DNA of 64,000 nucleotides from Eledone cirrhosa (GCA_964016885.1 OZ024740.1:151900001-151964000), one strand, 5' to 3'. Positions 1 through 14,232 are shown, numbered from the stretch's first letter. The notes: a model not told the origin generated them from the letters alone. Numbers and translations: made by a program.

Positions 1-1011
1 TAAGATGAGTATGCAAATGAGGTTTATGTAAAAGGAATGAAAAAACGTTATTTTAGACGCTATGGAAAATTTAAATGATAAGTTATTGTATGCGTAAGAA
101 AGAAGAGAAAGGGGTAAGGGCTAGGATTTACGTTAATTTGGGGGAAAAGATTTGTTACCTATATTATGAGTTATAATATTGTATATTTAATCAATTAGAT
201 TATATGAAGAATTATGGTTGTAAGTATTTTTATCTTATTATATTTGGATAGGTTATATGTATATTAATATCTACATATATTAATAAATTGCGTATGTATT
301 AATTGTTTATATATCAAATATGAGTTACGAAGGATGTTGAATTTGTATTTTACTTTAAAAAATATGTTGTTCAAGCTGTGAGAGTAGAATAATTTGTGGA
401 TTCAAAAATGTTGTTCAACATTGAGAATGTTTTCAGAATATTGTTAATTTAACGAAACTATATAGATTATCAAACAAAAAATCATTTTGCACGATTGAGA
501 AGAATGTTTATGTTTGTAACGATTGAGAAAGGAAAGAAACTCTAATTTTTTTTGTTAATCATTAAAATTAGAGAAAAAATTATATATTATTTTGTGTGAG
601 ATCCATTATTTTAGTTGAAAGATGTGTGAATGTTTGGATAACAAAAAGAGAGAGGGAAAATGTAATGTGTTTTTCGAAGAACTATCTTAAAGAGGATACA
701 TTTTCAGAACGTCATTTAAAGATTATCAATCTACATCTAAAATATATATATAGGGGTGTCCTTACAAAAAGAATGTCGGAATTAAAAATAATGTCGGAAT
801 TAAAAATAATGTCAGAATTAAAATGATGTAGGAAATTAAAATATTAAATATATATATTAAAAATATTATAAATATTAGAGGTATAAAAAATTTCTGAAAT
901 ATTAAAAAATATTAAAAAATATTAAAATATTTAAAATATTTAAAAAATTTACATTTAAATTTTTTTAAGAAAATAGGATCATTTTGAAGGTATATAGGGA
1001 TATTATAAATT

Positions 1012-1975
1012 TTAAATAGTTCTGAACGTGGGATTTTGGCGATGTTTGCAAGAAGAAAATAATTCTGTTCTGAGATTAATAGAGTTTTGACAGTTAATTA
1101 TATAAAAAATGTCTTCGATACACAATTTACATAATCTTGATAAAGCCGTATTTCGGTATGCAGGTGCTTTCAAAATCTTTCTCCAAGATATTGAATATTC
1201 TATATTATTGTCTTTTAAATCCCATATAAGATGTGAAAGCGAAGTAGAAGATTTTTTATCAGATCTTCTAAGAGTATGATTATGATTATTCCAGCGTTCT
1301 TTAAATTTTGTTGATGTGGCACCAACATAGTTAAATATTTTGTCGCTAGTTCTAACTGTGCATTTATAAACTATGTTTTTGTCTAAACAATTATTTTGTA
1401 AAGGGCAGTTTGAGTTGATTCTACAGTTACAATTACTAGAGTTATTGTTGTTCAGAATGGTACCATTATTCTGAGTATTGTTGTTAGAAATATTATTATT
1501 GCTATTTTGGTTAGTTTGGTTAGGGTTTAAATTTAAGTTTCTATTATTAATTCTATTTATATTTTGTGCTATGTTCATAGTAGTAGAGTAGGATAGTTTT
1601 AATAGTGTGTCTGTTAAAATAAGAGTGGTATCTGTGGGTTTTAGGAAAACACTTATCTAGTGCTTTAAAAAATAGCTTTGCTAAATGTGTTTTAACGCTT
1701 AATGAGAATGGGGGAGAGTAACAAATAATATTTCTAGTTCTAGTTTTTTGGTTTGGTTTAGTGTCTAAGTTAATACTAGGATGATATATCATGTTATTGC
1801 TATCTATGTATTTAATTCTATTTGAGTATCCTACTCTATGTAAAGCTTCATTATGATATTCTGCCTTATCATCAAAAATATTTTTATTAGCGGAGATGCA
1901 TGAAAATACGTTGTTAGACGCTATTGACAATAGTGTTTTTAATACTTCTAGGATGATTAGAATTGAAACTTACAT
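1012..1975 (-). mobile_element. Penelope-like element fragment, AT-rich family A: RT C-terminus plus GIY-YIG endonuclease, frameshifted near 1560-1580
   Basis: ORFs 1553-1930 (YSPPFSLSVKT..FPKTHRYH) and 1012-1578 (CNCRINSNCPL..IVYKCTV..YVGAT..FKERWNNH..LSHLIWDLK..CKLC..CKH) match the PLE RT-thumb/GIY-YIG layout also seen at 49717-51228. The 5'-truncated end abuts (TA)n. Confidence 0.85.
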
Positions 1976-2009
1976 AATTTAAATTTTCATTAATTTTATG
2001 GAAAGGATA

Positions 2010-2173
<164 letters not shown>

Positions 2174-2285
2174 ATATATATAGAGAGAGATTTTGAGTTT
2201 GTGTTGGTTGTATACCAACACCTCAGTATGCAGGCTGGAGCACTCGACGAAGTGCGCTGGTTGGTTTGGTTACTCCGGAGTAGTG

Positions 2286-2469
2286 TAAAATAAAGTTAAA
2301 TAAAAGTCAAATGATTAAAATTTACCTTCGTTTATTACTGCTATATATATTTCAGTGACAGCCATCTTTGGCTGTGACCTCTTGTCACAGCCAAAGATGG
2401 CTGTCACTGAAATATATATAGCAGTAATAAACGAAGCTAAATTTTAATTATTTGACTTTTATTTAACTT

Positions 2470-2476
<7 letters not shown>
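2286..2476. repeat. Fold-back palindrome containing the 3' half of a hammerhead-like motif
   Basis: Near-perfect inverted arms of about 90 bp around GTGAC-ctctt-GTCAC. The arm reads hairpin-GAAA-TATATAT-A-gcagt (2409-2420). Confidence 0.8.
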
Positions 2477-2532
<56 letters not shown>

Positions 2533-2560
2533 ATATACGTGTATATATATATATATATAT

Positions 2561-2797
2561 TATAACTGAACAAAAAAGAAAAACGAACACAGGCATATAC
2601 ATATGTGTGTTCAAATCGTGATGAACCAGAATCGCTACGGTTTGTATTTATTTTTCTTGATTTATTCTTAAATTGAGTCTGGCAAACCTTATTGTCTGTA
2701 GTTAGTATTTTTTTCACCTTAACGATTCTGGTCCATCACGATTTGAACACATTTATGTATATGTCTGTGTTTGTTTTTTCTTTTTTATTCAGTTATA
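2561..2797. repeat. Imperfect inverted repeat between (TA)n tracts
   Basis: tataactgaa...gttcaaatcgtgatgaaccagaatcg (2561-2634) is the reverse complement of cgattctggtccatcacgatttgaac...ttcagttata (2723-2797). Confidence 0.75.
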
Positions 2798-2879
2798 ATA
2801 TACGGCTCGGAAAAAACTCTTTCTTAGAGCTAATTTACTGTAATGAACTATTTGGAGTTTCTAACTCAATACATGCCTT

Positions 2880-3018
<139 letters not shown>

Positions 3019-3496
3019 CATACATATTATAGATATACGTCTTCTATGTATGTGTATGTATACGTGTGTGTGTGTGCGCGCGCGCCTGTGTGTCTATGTG
3101 TGTTTAAGTGTTGGCTAAAAATAGTCGGCATGTTCAGACGATAGCAATAAGTTGCGGTCTTGGAAATAATTAGAGTGAAGCCTTAAAGTTTGTGTGAAAG
3201 TTTTCATTAGGCACTTTAAGTATTGACACTTTATATTTATAGTTACTACGACACCGGTGTCCATTGCAGTAACACCGACGACAGCACGATTATTACAACC
3301 ACCTCCAGCGCCTCCAAATAGAACAACAACAAACATCAATCACAAGAGATATCGACGAATGTTGACTGCTTTTGGGAAAGTTACAGCTGATGAAGTGAGA
3401 ATTGGTGGAGAAGACGATGTTGACGACACAGAATTAATAGGTTTATGGTTGTGGTGATAATTGTGATAATGATGGTGTATCGAGTTATATGATGGT

Positions 3497-3620
<124 letters not shown>

Positions 3621-3689
3621 CTAGTGGTTGTGTTGGTGGAATATTGTGGCCATCTTTGAGGTGATAAGTAAATACGTGTGTTAGACCTC

Positions 3690-3995
3690 TGCCGGTTCTG
3701 ACGACGCGTGTTCCATTTGTTCAAAAAACCGAACCGCCTGCTCGTAAAATACCGTGCAAAGGACTGAGCATTCTACGAACAAGTACACCCTTAACATAAT
3801 TGTGAGGGAAATTCAACGTCACACACTCAGTGATGAGGCTGAGCCTTTGAATTATACAGTTACAACCCATTTTGTGTATGATGCGAGGACTGGAGCAACA
3901 CGTAAATGAAGTGTTTTTCACATGGACACAACGTACTACTGGAAATCGAACTCATGACCTGCTATCTTGAGGCGAGCACACTAAGCACTAAACCC
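3690..3995 (-). mobile_element. tRNA-derived SINE, family 2 (degenerate)
   Basis: Shares the core cccttaac...attc..cgtgacaca..gtgacaaggctggccctttgaatta and the reverse-complement B-box (atcgaactc) with copies near 4340-4620, 9090-9380, 18535-18850, 35500-35800 and 54370-54660. Confidence 0.6.
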
Positions 3996-5242
3996 CAAAT
4001 CTTCAAATAAATCTAAGAACTAAAGCATCAAAATCTTATATCTTAGCACTGATGTTTCGTTTTGCATTTGGTACAAGATTCTTCATTTTAGTATAGCCCC
4101 TGTTAGCGTAAACATTCTATAGGATGTGAAAGAAGTAATTATATAATGGAGAAGAAAGACATGGTGACGCGGATATAAGTGATAAGAGATGATTTCAAAA
4201 GAAATAGCTGTTGTCCGAATCATTATAATTTTTATTTGATATCTGAGCATGCAATGAGTTTCAATAAAATTTACTACAATTTATGATTATGAAAGTGACG
4301 TCAATTTCGACGATGTGTGTTCCATCAAAGGAGAAGCATACTCATAAAAAGTAGCGTAAAAGTGGTTGAGATCTCTATAGACTTGTATCCTTAACGTAAT
4401 TCATAGGGAGATTCAGCTCACCACACTGTGTGGCATGACTGGCCCCTGGAATTACAGGCACAGTCCACACAACAAGCTTCCAAAGAGTTTTAATCTACAC
4501 AATTTCACTCACAAGATATGGACCGACCAGAAGCAATGGCAAATAATACTTGCCCAAGAGACCGCGTAGTGTGATCGGACACGGGCCCTAATGGATGTGC
4601 AGTGAACCTTTGAACCATGTGGTTGTAATATACATTTTATGATACGTATCACTTGGTTATTTTATGTTACAATCATGGTTTAGGCTATGACTTCAAAATA
4701 GGGGACAGGGTTTGGTTTAAAGTTAAGATTGAAGATTATTATTCAGGTTTAAGTTTAAGGATAAGGGATTAGGGTTACTGTTGCGTTTATGGTTAGATGA
4801 CGCTTACGGTTGAAGATATGGCGTTTAGGGACAAAGAGATATAACAAGGTTAAAAAAGATATTACTTAGTCCAGGTTGCCAACGCAGAACTTTAACTAAA
4901 GGTATTCCATCCGTTACTACCCTATCATATTTTCAATCATAAATGAATTAGCAGAGTTTTGGGGGGATTCAGATAAAAGGTATTACGAGACTTGTTCTGG
5001 TCTTCTGCCTTTTCACTGCGACAACTGCAACGTCACAGATTCTAATCTATATTTGTCCTTCAGCAGCATTAGACACATGAAGAAGTACTACTTGTATACG
5101 TATGAAATTGCTCTTCTTGCATAATGAAATATTTGCTCACACCTACAATTTTGACAAACGCTTTCCAAGTGTGGATCCATTGTTAATCCTAACTGGTGAA
5201 AGCCATAGAAGTATGTGTGTCTTGAACGGCATTATTTAATGT

Positions 5243-5356
5243 TCTGAGTTCAAATCCCGCCGAGGTTAACTTTGCTTTTCATCCTTACGGGATCGATAAA
5301 ATAAAGTACCAGTAATGTACTGGGTATTTGCTGGCCTTGTGCCTAAAGTAGAAACA
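5243..5356 (+). mobile_element. 5'-truncated tRNA-derived SINE, family 1, with 12-bp TSD
   Basis: ttctgagttcaaatcccgccgaggttaactttgc...gataaaataaagtaccag...agtagaaaca; TSD attatttaatgt at 5231-5242 and 5357-5368. Confidence 0.8.
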
Positions 5357-5716
5357 ATTATTTAATGTGTCCTTCCAGCTTTTCAAATAATAAGGTGTGA
5401 TTTAAGGAACATTTATCATTCACAGCAAATAGAAAACATCGACTGGAAATGGTCATTTGTAGATAGTGCGAACTTTGCTATATACAAATAAGCATCTCCA
5501 GCAAGTGATTATCACGCAAAATTCTATATAGACTATAGATTATTTTGAGATAGATTCACTGAGGAAAGATTAACAAATCTTGAAACAGTACTGTTTCATA
5601 CTCTAAAAACATACTGGTGACACTATAATATATTCATAGAGAAAAGTAGAGAAAAATAAATCTTGTTTTTCGGTAGCGAGGCTTGAGATATATCTATTGT
5701 ATATAAAATTATAAAG

Positions 5717-5797
<81 letters not shown>

Positions 5798-5798
<1 letters not shown>

Positions 5799-6363
5799 AA
5801 GTATGTTTTGAAACAGTGAGCAGGTTTGAAATTAGAAAATAGAATAGCTTTCACCGTATTTTTTTTTACTAATGAAATTTTAGTCTGATAATGGGGTTTA
5901 GAACCCTCAGATAAATGGAAAAAGATGAGTATTGATGTACATGGGAGTCGAACCCACATCTTTGGATAACCAAAGATGTGGGTTCGACTCCCATGTACAT
6001 CAATACTCATCTTTTTCCATTTATCTGAGGGTTCTAAACCCCATTATCAGACTAAAATTTCATTAGTAAAAAAAAATACGGTGAAAGCTATTCTATTTTC
6101 TAATTTCAAACCTGCTCACTGTTTCAAAACAACTTACTTGTCATTTATACTCGCTAAGAATGTAGCTTCTAATTTGAATGGAAAGAGATGGGTGATGTGT
6201 TGGTGTAATGGTAGCACAGTGGTCTGGATAACCAAAGATGTCGGTTCGACTCCCATGTACATCAATACTCATCTTTTTCCATTTATCTGAGGGTTCTAAA
6301 CCTCATTATCAGACTAAAATTTCTTTAGTAAAAAAAATACGGTGAAAGTTATTCTATTTTCTA
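5798..6363. repeat. Inverted plus direct repeat of a ~262-bp unit (PLE-type architecture) inserted in (TA)n
   Basis: Palindrome 5798-6137 centred on ctttgg-ataa-ccaaag; the sequence from 5963 is repeated from 6225. Confidence 0.85.
6194..6264 (+). pseudogene. tRNA-like cloverleaf (Gln-type D arm, GGA at the anticodon position, short variable arm) inside the repeat
   Basis: Acceptor gatgtgt/gtacatc; D arm gtgt-aatggta-gcac; anticodon arm tggt-ctggata-acca; T loop ttcgact (stem gtggg/cccat in the sister copy). A and B boxes are intact. Confidence 0.65.
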
Positions 6364-6545
6364 ATATATATATACATAATCGGAGAAAGCTAATAGCGAT
6401 AATCCGGCCAAATCCCAACTCACTCAACAAACATTAGGAAGTACCTGAGTATATTCCCAATTAAACGTTTGGGGTGCTAACTATATTGTATTGTGTGGAT
6501 AATTGGCTGTATTATTTCATATGAGATATATCAAATATATCATTT

Positions 6546-6668
6546 CCCAGACGACTCGTTTCATTATAAAATTTCTACAAGTTTTGTGAAATTATACCAA
6601 TTTATGTAGAAGCTTGTATAAGATCAACAGATACTTATTCAAGTGGGCTCTTATAATTCTTCAGTGGG
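6546..6668 (-). ncRNA. Type I hammerhead ribozyme, family C, with extended helix II
   Basis: Minus strand: ccca-CTGAAGA-attataaga-(insert)-ttttataat-GAAA-cgagtc-GTC-tggg. Lies in a repeat (about 6380-6710) shared with 33335-33720 and 44570-44975. Confidence 0.8.
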
Positions 6669-6717
6669 TGCCCAATAATATTAATATTGATAATCAAATC
6701 AACATCAATATATATAT

Positions 6718-6754
<37 letters not shown>

Positions 6755-7131
6755 TGTCATATGCGTGACATTACAATATAATTTATGCGTATGTGAATTG
6801 AATAGAGGAGCTACGTGTATATTCTATGTGATGTGCGTCCTATTTTGAGGTGTCATTTTTTATTTAGGTTTTTTTGTGGTGGTGGGGTGATATATTCGCA
6901 AAAACGTTAGAACAAAATGTTTTGCGCTATTTGTTTCGACTCTTTACAATATCAGTTCAAATTTCTGCGAAGTCATCTTTACATTTCCTCTTCCTGGATC
7001 GTTAAAAAAATTCAGAATTTAGTATTGGAGATGATTTAATCGACTATACTCGTCCAGCATATTTCTGACATATAAGATGCACATATAAGAAATGTATTTT
7101 GTATTTGATACTGTTTTACATTACAATTTAT

Positions 7132-7181
<50 letters not shown>

Positions 7182-7369
7182 AATGTGTGTGCGTATGTAT
7201 GTTTGCGTGTTTTGTGTACGCTCGTGCACATGTGTGTGTAAGTGTGTGTATCTGTATCATTGCTAATTTTTATACATAGACACCGCCCTAGGTCCCAGCT
7301 TCACTTCCCCACCTTTCCAGCATTTTCATCTACACCGCTTCCTCTTAAAACTCCATCCATTGCTTCATA

Positions 7370-7480
7370 TGGTCTCTGCAACACCACTTGTATCGGTAAA
7401 AGTGACCGTCATTTGACTTATCGTATCAGGGAACATCTCAATATGCGACTCAGCAACTCACCGACTATCTCTTGTCATTT
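7370..7480 (+). pseudogene. GIY-YIG endonuclease remnant (Penelope/Poseidon-type PLE)
   Basis: Translation CNTTCIGKSDRHLTYRIREHL resembles C..YIG.T.R.L..R..EH. Confidence 0.55.
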
Positions 7481-7626
7481 CCGCTCGGTTAACCACTCTA
7501 CGAAACTTCTGCTCTCGCCTAGTATACACACTACACAAAAACATGCGCACACTAATTCGAATAACCCTACACTCACTACCCACTCTTCAATTATGAAATA
7601 AATACTAGACACCAATAAAAGAAGCC

Positions 7627-7792
<166 letters not shown>

Positions 7793-8444
7793 TGGTCAAA
7801 ACGGACTCAAAACCACGTATACATTCACAAACAGAAATACACATATACAAAATACGATTTCCCATTCGCATCCCCGTCTTCAATATCAGATTTGGCCGTC
7901 ATTTTTCTTCCGGGAAATCAATGACTATCATGTAAAATAAAATTAAAATAACTCTTTAACGTCAGATAGAATATGTTGTGATATTTGATTCGACTTTCTG
8001 TGCTCTGCATTCAAATCCAGCCTTTTTAAAATCCTGTGTTTTAATTTCCATTCTTTCGCAGTCGGTAAAGTAGGTATTAGCCCCGTGCTGCTGCAACCCT
8101 TTCCCACTCTCGTGCTGGAAGTTCTCCTGCGTCAAATTTTGAGAGTTTGTGACTGTTCGCTATTACATAAAGAACTAAAACGTTTAGCAAAAGCACGATG
8201 CATGCTATGAAGTCAAACACGATTGAGAATAGCTTCTACCAAATTCCTCTTACAAGGCATTGGTAAAATGGAGGCAGTAACTGAAGAGACATGCGCAAAC
8301 CACCGGCGTTATGATGGAATCCAGAATGAAACCAAGATTTGCAAAGAGTACGTTTTTATTGATGGGGATTGTGATGATGGATATAACGAGAAATGTCGGC
8401 AGCGGTAGTGGTGGCAGAGGGGGAGTGACGACGACGACGATGGC

Positions 8445-8555
8445 GAAGAAGAAGAAGAAGAAGAAGAAGAAGAAGAAGAAGAAGAAGAAGAAGAAGAAGA
8501 AGAAGAAGAAGAAGAAGAAGAAGAAGAAGAAGAAGAAGAAGAAGAAGAAGAAGAA
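8445..8555. repeat. (AAG)n microsatellite
   Basis: Pure trinucleotide run; it explains the poly-K and poly-L ORFs. Confidence 0.95.
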
Positions 8556-8785
8556 GGAGAAAAGGAGGGGGTGTTCGGTAATCAGACATGTTTCGTACGG
8601 TTAATTAGGTTGCGTTTAATGCAAATATAATGGAGAATGTGGATATCTCCAACAAATAGGGGAAGGGAAGCAATTGTGCAAGTCCGATTTTATTAGAATG
8701 CAGTAATTGTTTTTAGTGATATGGTGATGCTGGTGATGTTCGTGGCAGTAAAGTGCTCGAGTGTTGTACTGGTTATAATTTGGTT

Positions 8786-8849
<64 letters not shown>

Positions 8850-9949
8850 AAGTAGTAGAAGTAGTAAGAGGAGGAGTTGTTTTTATTTCTGTCTAGCCCA
8901 AGTTCCTCTATTCTTTTTAAATTTAATGAAGATTTGGCTGTTATTTCTTGCAGGTAGATGTTCTCCTTTTTGCTCGATGCTGTGGTAGTGGTGGTATGTT
9001 GTTGAGCCAATGTATGTTTTTGAAAATCATCACCATAACCTCCACTACGACCACTAGCGTCACTATCATTGTCATCACTACAATATCGATAGACTTCCGT
9101 CGGTTTCGACGATGAACATTCCAGTTGTTCAACCGACGGAAGAGTCTGGTCTCGAAATAAACGTGTAAGTGGCTAAGCGTTCTACAGACACGTGTTACTC
9201 TAACATGATTCTCTGCCTCTCAGTGCGTGATAAGAATGACCTACTGAATTACAGATTTAGTGCATCCAGAAAGATTTCAAATAGTTTGCCTCTACATAAT
9301 TTAACTCATAAGGCAAGGATCAAACTAGAACCCGTGATTCAATGATTGTGAAGCGAATCATTAAATCCTTTGTCCATGCTGCGTCCACACCAAATATACA
9401 ACTGCAACCCTAATGGGAATGCACCGCCAAAACTGTCAGACCCACTACTACTACCATCACCACCACCACAATTTTCATTTCCCCTATTAGAACCATTACA
9501 ACTAACATCACCCCCAAAACCACTATCATCTCCCTAACTAACACCATAGCCACCACCACCATCATGATCTTCATCAACATCACCAACACATTTACCATCT
9601 TCATTACCAATACCACCACCACTTTCAGTGATAATTACAACCTCCACTACCGTTATCACAACCATTTTTACTAAATCCACTACTAACAGGACCAACGACC
9701 TTACAACCGTTACAACATCCATTACCACCATCCAACCAATAATTGTAAACGCTACAACACCCCACAACCTCCACTGCAACCATTTTCAACAACCCTAGCC
9801 CCAACAGCACCAACAACCCTACCGCTGAGCACACAATCACCACAATCGTTACCACCAACTCTACCACCATCAGTAACACTGACAACACAATAAGCACAAA
9901 CACCACAACCATTATCATCAACTCCGCCTCCGACAGCAACACCAACTAA

Positions 9950-12900
9950 CACAACCAACACAAACACCACAACCATTACCACCAACAGCAACACTGACAA
10001 CACAACCAACACAAACACCACAACCATTACCACCAACAGCAACACTAACAACACAACCAACACAAACACCACAACCATTACCACCAACAGCAACACTGAC
10101 AACTCAACCAACACGAACACCACAACCATTACCATCAACAGCAATACTAACAACTCAACCAACACAAACACCACAACCATTACCACCAACAGCAACACTA
10201 ACAACACAACCAACACAAACACCACAACCATTACCACCAACAGCAACACTAACAACAAAACCAACACAAACACCACAACCATTACCACCAACAGCAATAC
10301 TAACAACTCAACCAACACAAACACCACAACCATTACCACCAACAGCAACACTAACAACACAACCAACACAAACATTACCACCAACAGCCACACTAACAAC
10401 ACAACCAACACAAACACCACAACCATTACCACCAACAGCAATACTAACAACACAACCAACACAAACACCACAACCATTACCACCAACAGCAATACTAACA
10501 ACACAACCAGCACAAACACCACAACCATTACCACCAACAGCAACACTAACAACACAACCAACACAAACACCACAACCATTACCACCAACAGCAATACTAA
10601 CAACTCAACCAACACAAACACCACAACCAATACCACCAACAGCAATACTAACAACACAACCAACACAAACACCACAACCATTACCACCAACAGCAACACT
10701 AACAACACAACCAACACAAACACCACAACCATTACCACCAACAGCAATACTAACAACTCAACCAACACAAACACCACAACCATTACCACCAACAGCAATA
10801 CTAACAACACAACCAACACAAACACCACAACCATTACCACCAACAGCAATACTAACAACACAACCAACACAAACACCACAACCATTACCACCAACAGCAA
10901 CACTAACAACACAACCAACACAAACACCACAACCATTACCACCAACAGCGACACTAACAACACAACCAACACAAACACCACAACCATTACCACCAACAGC
11001 AACACTAACAACACAACCAACACAAACACCACAACCATTACCACCAACAGCCACACTAACAACACAACCAACACAAACACCACAACCATTACCACCAACA
11101 GCAACACTAACAACACAACCAACACAAACACCACAACCATTACCACCAACAGCAATACTAACAACACAACCAACACAAACACCACAACCATTACCACCAA
11201 CAGCCACACTAACAACACAACCAACACAAACACCACAACCATTACCACCAACAGCAATACTAACAACACAACCAACACAAACACCACAACCATTACCACC
11301 AACAGCAACACTAACAACACAACCAACACAAACACCACAAGCATTACCACCAACAGCCACACTAACAACACAACCAACACAGACATCACAACCATTACCA
11401 CCAACAGCAACACTAACAACACAACCAACACAAACACCACAACCATTACCACTAACAGCAACACTAACAACACAACCAACACAAAGACCACAACCATTAC
11501 CACCAACAGCAACACTAACAACACAACCAACACAAACACCACAACCATTACCACCAACAGCAATACTAACAACTCAACCAACACAAACACCACAACCATT
11601 ACCACCAACAACAACACTAACAACACAACCAACACAAACACCACAAGCATTACCACCAACAGCCACACTAACAACACAACCAACACAGACATCACAACCA
11701 TTACCACCAACAGCAACACTAACAACACAACCAACACAAACACCACAACCATTACCACTAACAGCAACACTAACAACACAACCAACACAAACACCACAAC
11801 CATTACCACCAACAGCAACACTAACAACACAACCAACACAAACACCACAACCATTACCACCAACAGCAATACTAACAACACAACCAACACAAACACCACA
11901 ACCATTACCACCAACAGCAATACTAACAACACAACCAACACAAACACCACAACCATTACCACCAACAGCAACACTAACAACACAACCAACACAAACACCA
12001 CAAGCATTACCACCAACAGCCACACTAACAACACAACCAACACAAACACCACAACCATTACCACCAACAGCAATACTAACAACACAACCAACACGAACAC
12101 CACAACCATTACCACCAACAGCCACACTAACAACACAACCAGCACAAACACCACAACCATTACCACCAACAGCAACACTAACAACACAACCAGTACAAAC
12201 ACCACAACCATTACCACCAACAGCAACACTAACAACACAACCAACACAAAGCCACAACCATTACCACCGACAGCAACACTAACAACACAACCAACCCAAA
12301 CACCACAACCATTACCACCGACAGCAACACTAACAACACAACCAACACGAACACCACAACCATTACCACCAACAGCCACACTAACAACACAACCAGCACA
12401 AACACCACAACCATTACCACCAACAGCAACACTAACAACACAACCAGCACAAACACCACAACCATTACCACCAACAGCAACACTAACAACACAACCAACA
12501 CAAACACCACAAGCATTACCACCAACAGCCACACTAACAACACAACCAACACAAACACCACAACCATTACCACCAACAGCAATACTAACAACACAACCAA
12601 CACAAACACCACAAGCATTACCACCAACAGCAACACTAACAACACAACCAACACAAACACCACAACCATTACCACCAACAGCAACACTGACAACTCAACC
12701 AACACAAAGCCACAACCATTACCACCAACAGCAACACTAACAACACAACCAACACAAAGCCACCACCATTACCACCGACAGCAACACTAACAACACAACC
12801 AACACAAACACCACAACCATTACCACCGACAGCAACACTAACAACACAATCAACACAAAGCCACAACCATTACCACCGACAGCAACACTAACAACACAAC

Positions 12901-13275
12901 CAACACAAACACCACAACCATTACCACCAACAGCAACACTGACAACTCAACCAACACAAACACCACAACCATTACCACCGACAGCAACACTAACAACACA
13001 ATCAACACAAAGCCACAACCATTACCACCGACAGCAATACTAACAACACAACCAACACAAACACCACAACCATTACCACCAACAGCAACACTGACAACTC
13101 AACCAACACAAACACCACAACCATTACCACCGACAGCAACACTAACAACACAATCAACACAAAGCCACAACCATTACCACCGACAGCAACACTAACAACA
13201 CAACCAACACAAAGCCACAACCATTACCACCGACAGCAACACTAACAACACAACCAACACAAACACCACAACCTC
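9950..13275. repeat. 51-bp minisatellite array, about 3.3 kb
   Basis: Unit ccaccaacagcaacactaacaacacaaccaacacaaacaccacaaccatta; 50-bp variants (acacaaagccacaacc) appear from about 12245 onward. Confidence 0.95.
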
Positions 13276-13679
13276 CTGTAGCAACCATCACACCTATTAC
13301 CGCAATCACCTCCACCATCGCTGCAACTATGCTGGAGTTCTTCAATTATGTATTAAACGAAATGGAAACAATAACAACAACAACGCTAAGAGAAGAACGT
13401 TGAGCTGGAGGTGATGGTTCGAACGGTGGTGTAGCCGATGGAATGCGTAAGTTCAGCAATTGGATGAAGGTGGATCAAAGTTTTATTTCACCTCATCACA
13501 ATAGATTAACTTGACTTCAGAGATGGCAGCACTTGACAGAGGTTTTACATTTCTATGTTTTATTTATTTATTTATTTATTTATTTATTTTACTCTTCTTA
13601 TTTATTTCAACTCGTACGAAATTTCTAGAAAAAAAAATGTCTTTAAAACAATAACACGAAATATCAGGGCAGCAACAAA

Positions 13680-13726
<47 letters not shown>

Positions 13727-13727
13727 A

Positions 13728-13759
<32 letters not shown>

Positions 13760-13815
13760 CCACCGCCACAACCACCACCACCACCACCACCACCACCACC
13801 ACCACCACCACCACC

Positions 13816-13856
<41 letters not shown>

Positions 13857-14154
13857 CACTACTACTACTACTACCACCGACACAACCACTACTACTACTA
13901 CTACTACCACCGACACAACCACTACTACTACTACTACTACTACAGTCACAACCACCAGTACTACTACAGCCACAACCACTACTACTACTATTACTACTAC
14001 TACTACCACAGTCACAACCACCAGTACTACTACTGCCACTACTGCTGTTGCTACTACTGCTGTTCTGCTGCCACCAACACCAACACTACCACCACTACTG
14101 CTACTACTACTACTACCACAGTCACAACCACCAGTACTACTACAGCCACAACCA

Positions 14155-14194
<40 letters not shown>

Positions 14195-14232
14195 TACTGC
14201 TGTTGCTACTACTGCTGTTGTGCTGCCACCAA

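Noticed and set aside
6194-6264. Functional tRNA-Ser(GGA) gene
   Set aside because: Lacks the long variable arm, has stem mismatches and is embedded in a repeat unit.
9752-12532. 926-aa Val/Leu-rich minus-strand ORF
   Set aside because: It is the antisense reading of the 51-bp minisatellite and has no domain content.
9950-13275. CRISPR-like array
   Set aside because: Contiguous tandem units with no unique spacers, in a eukaryotic context with no cas genes.
13681-13759. (ACT)n switching to (AGT)n, forming a hairpin
   Set aside because: A simple microsatellite inversion with no evidence of function.
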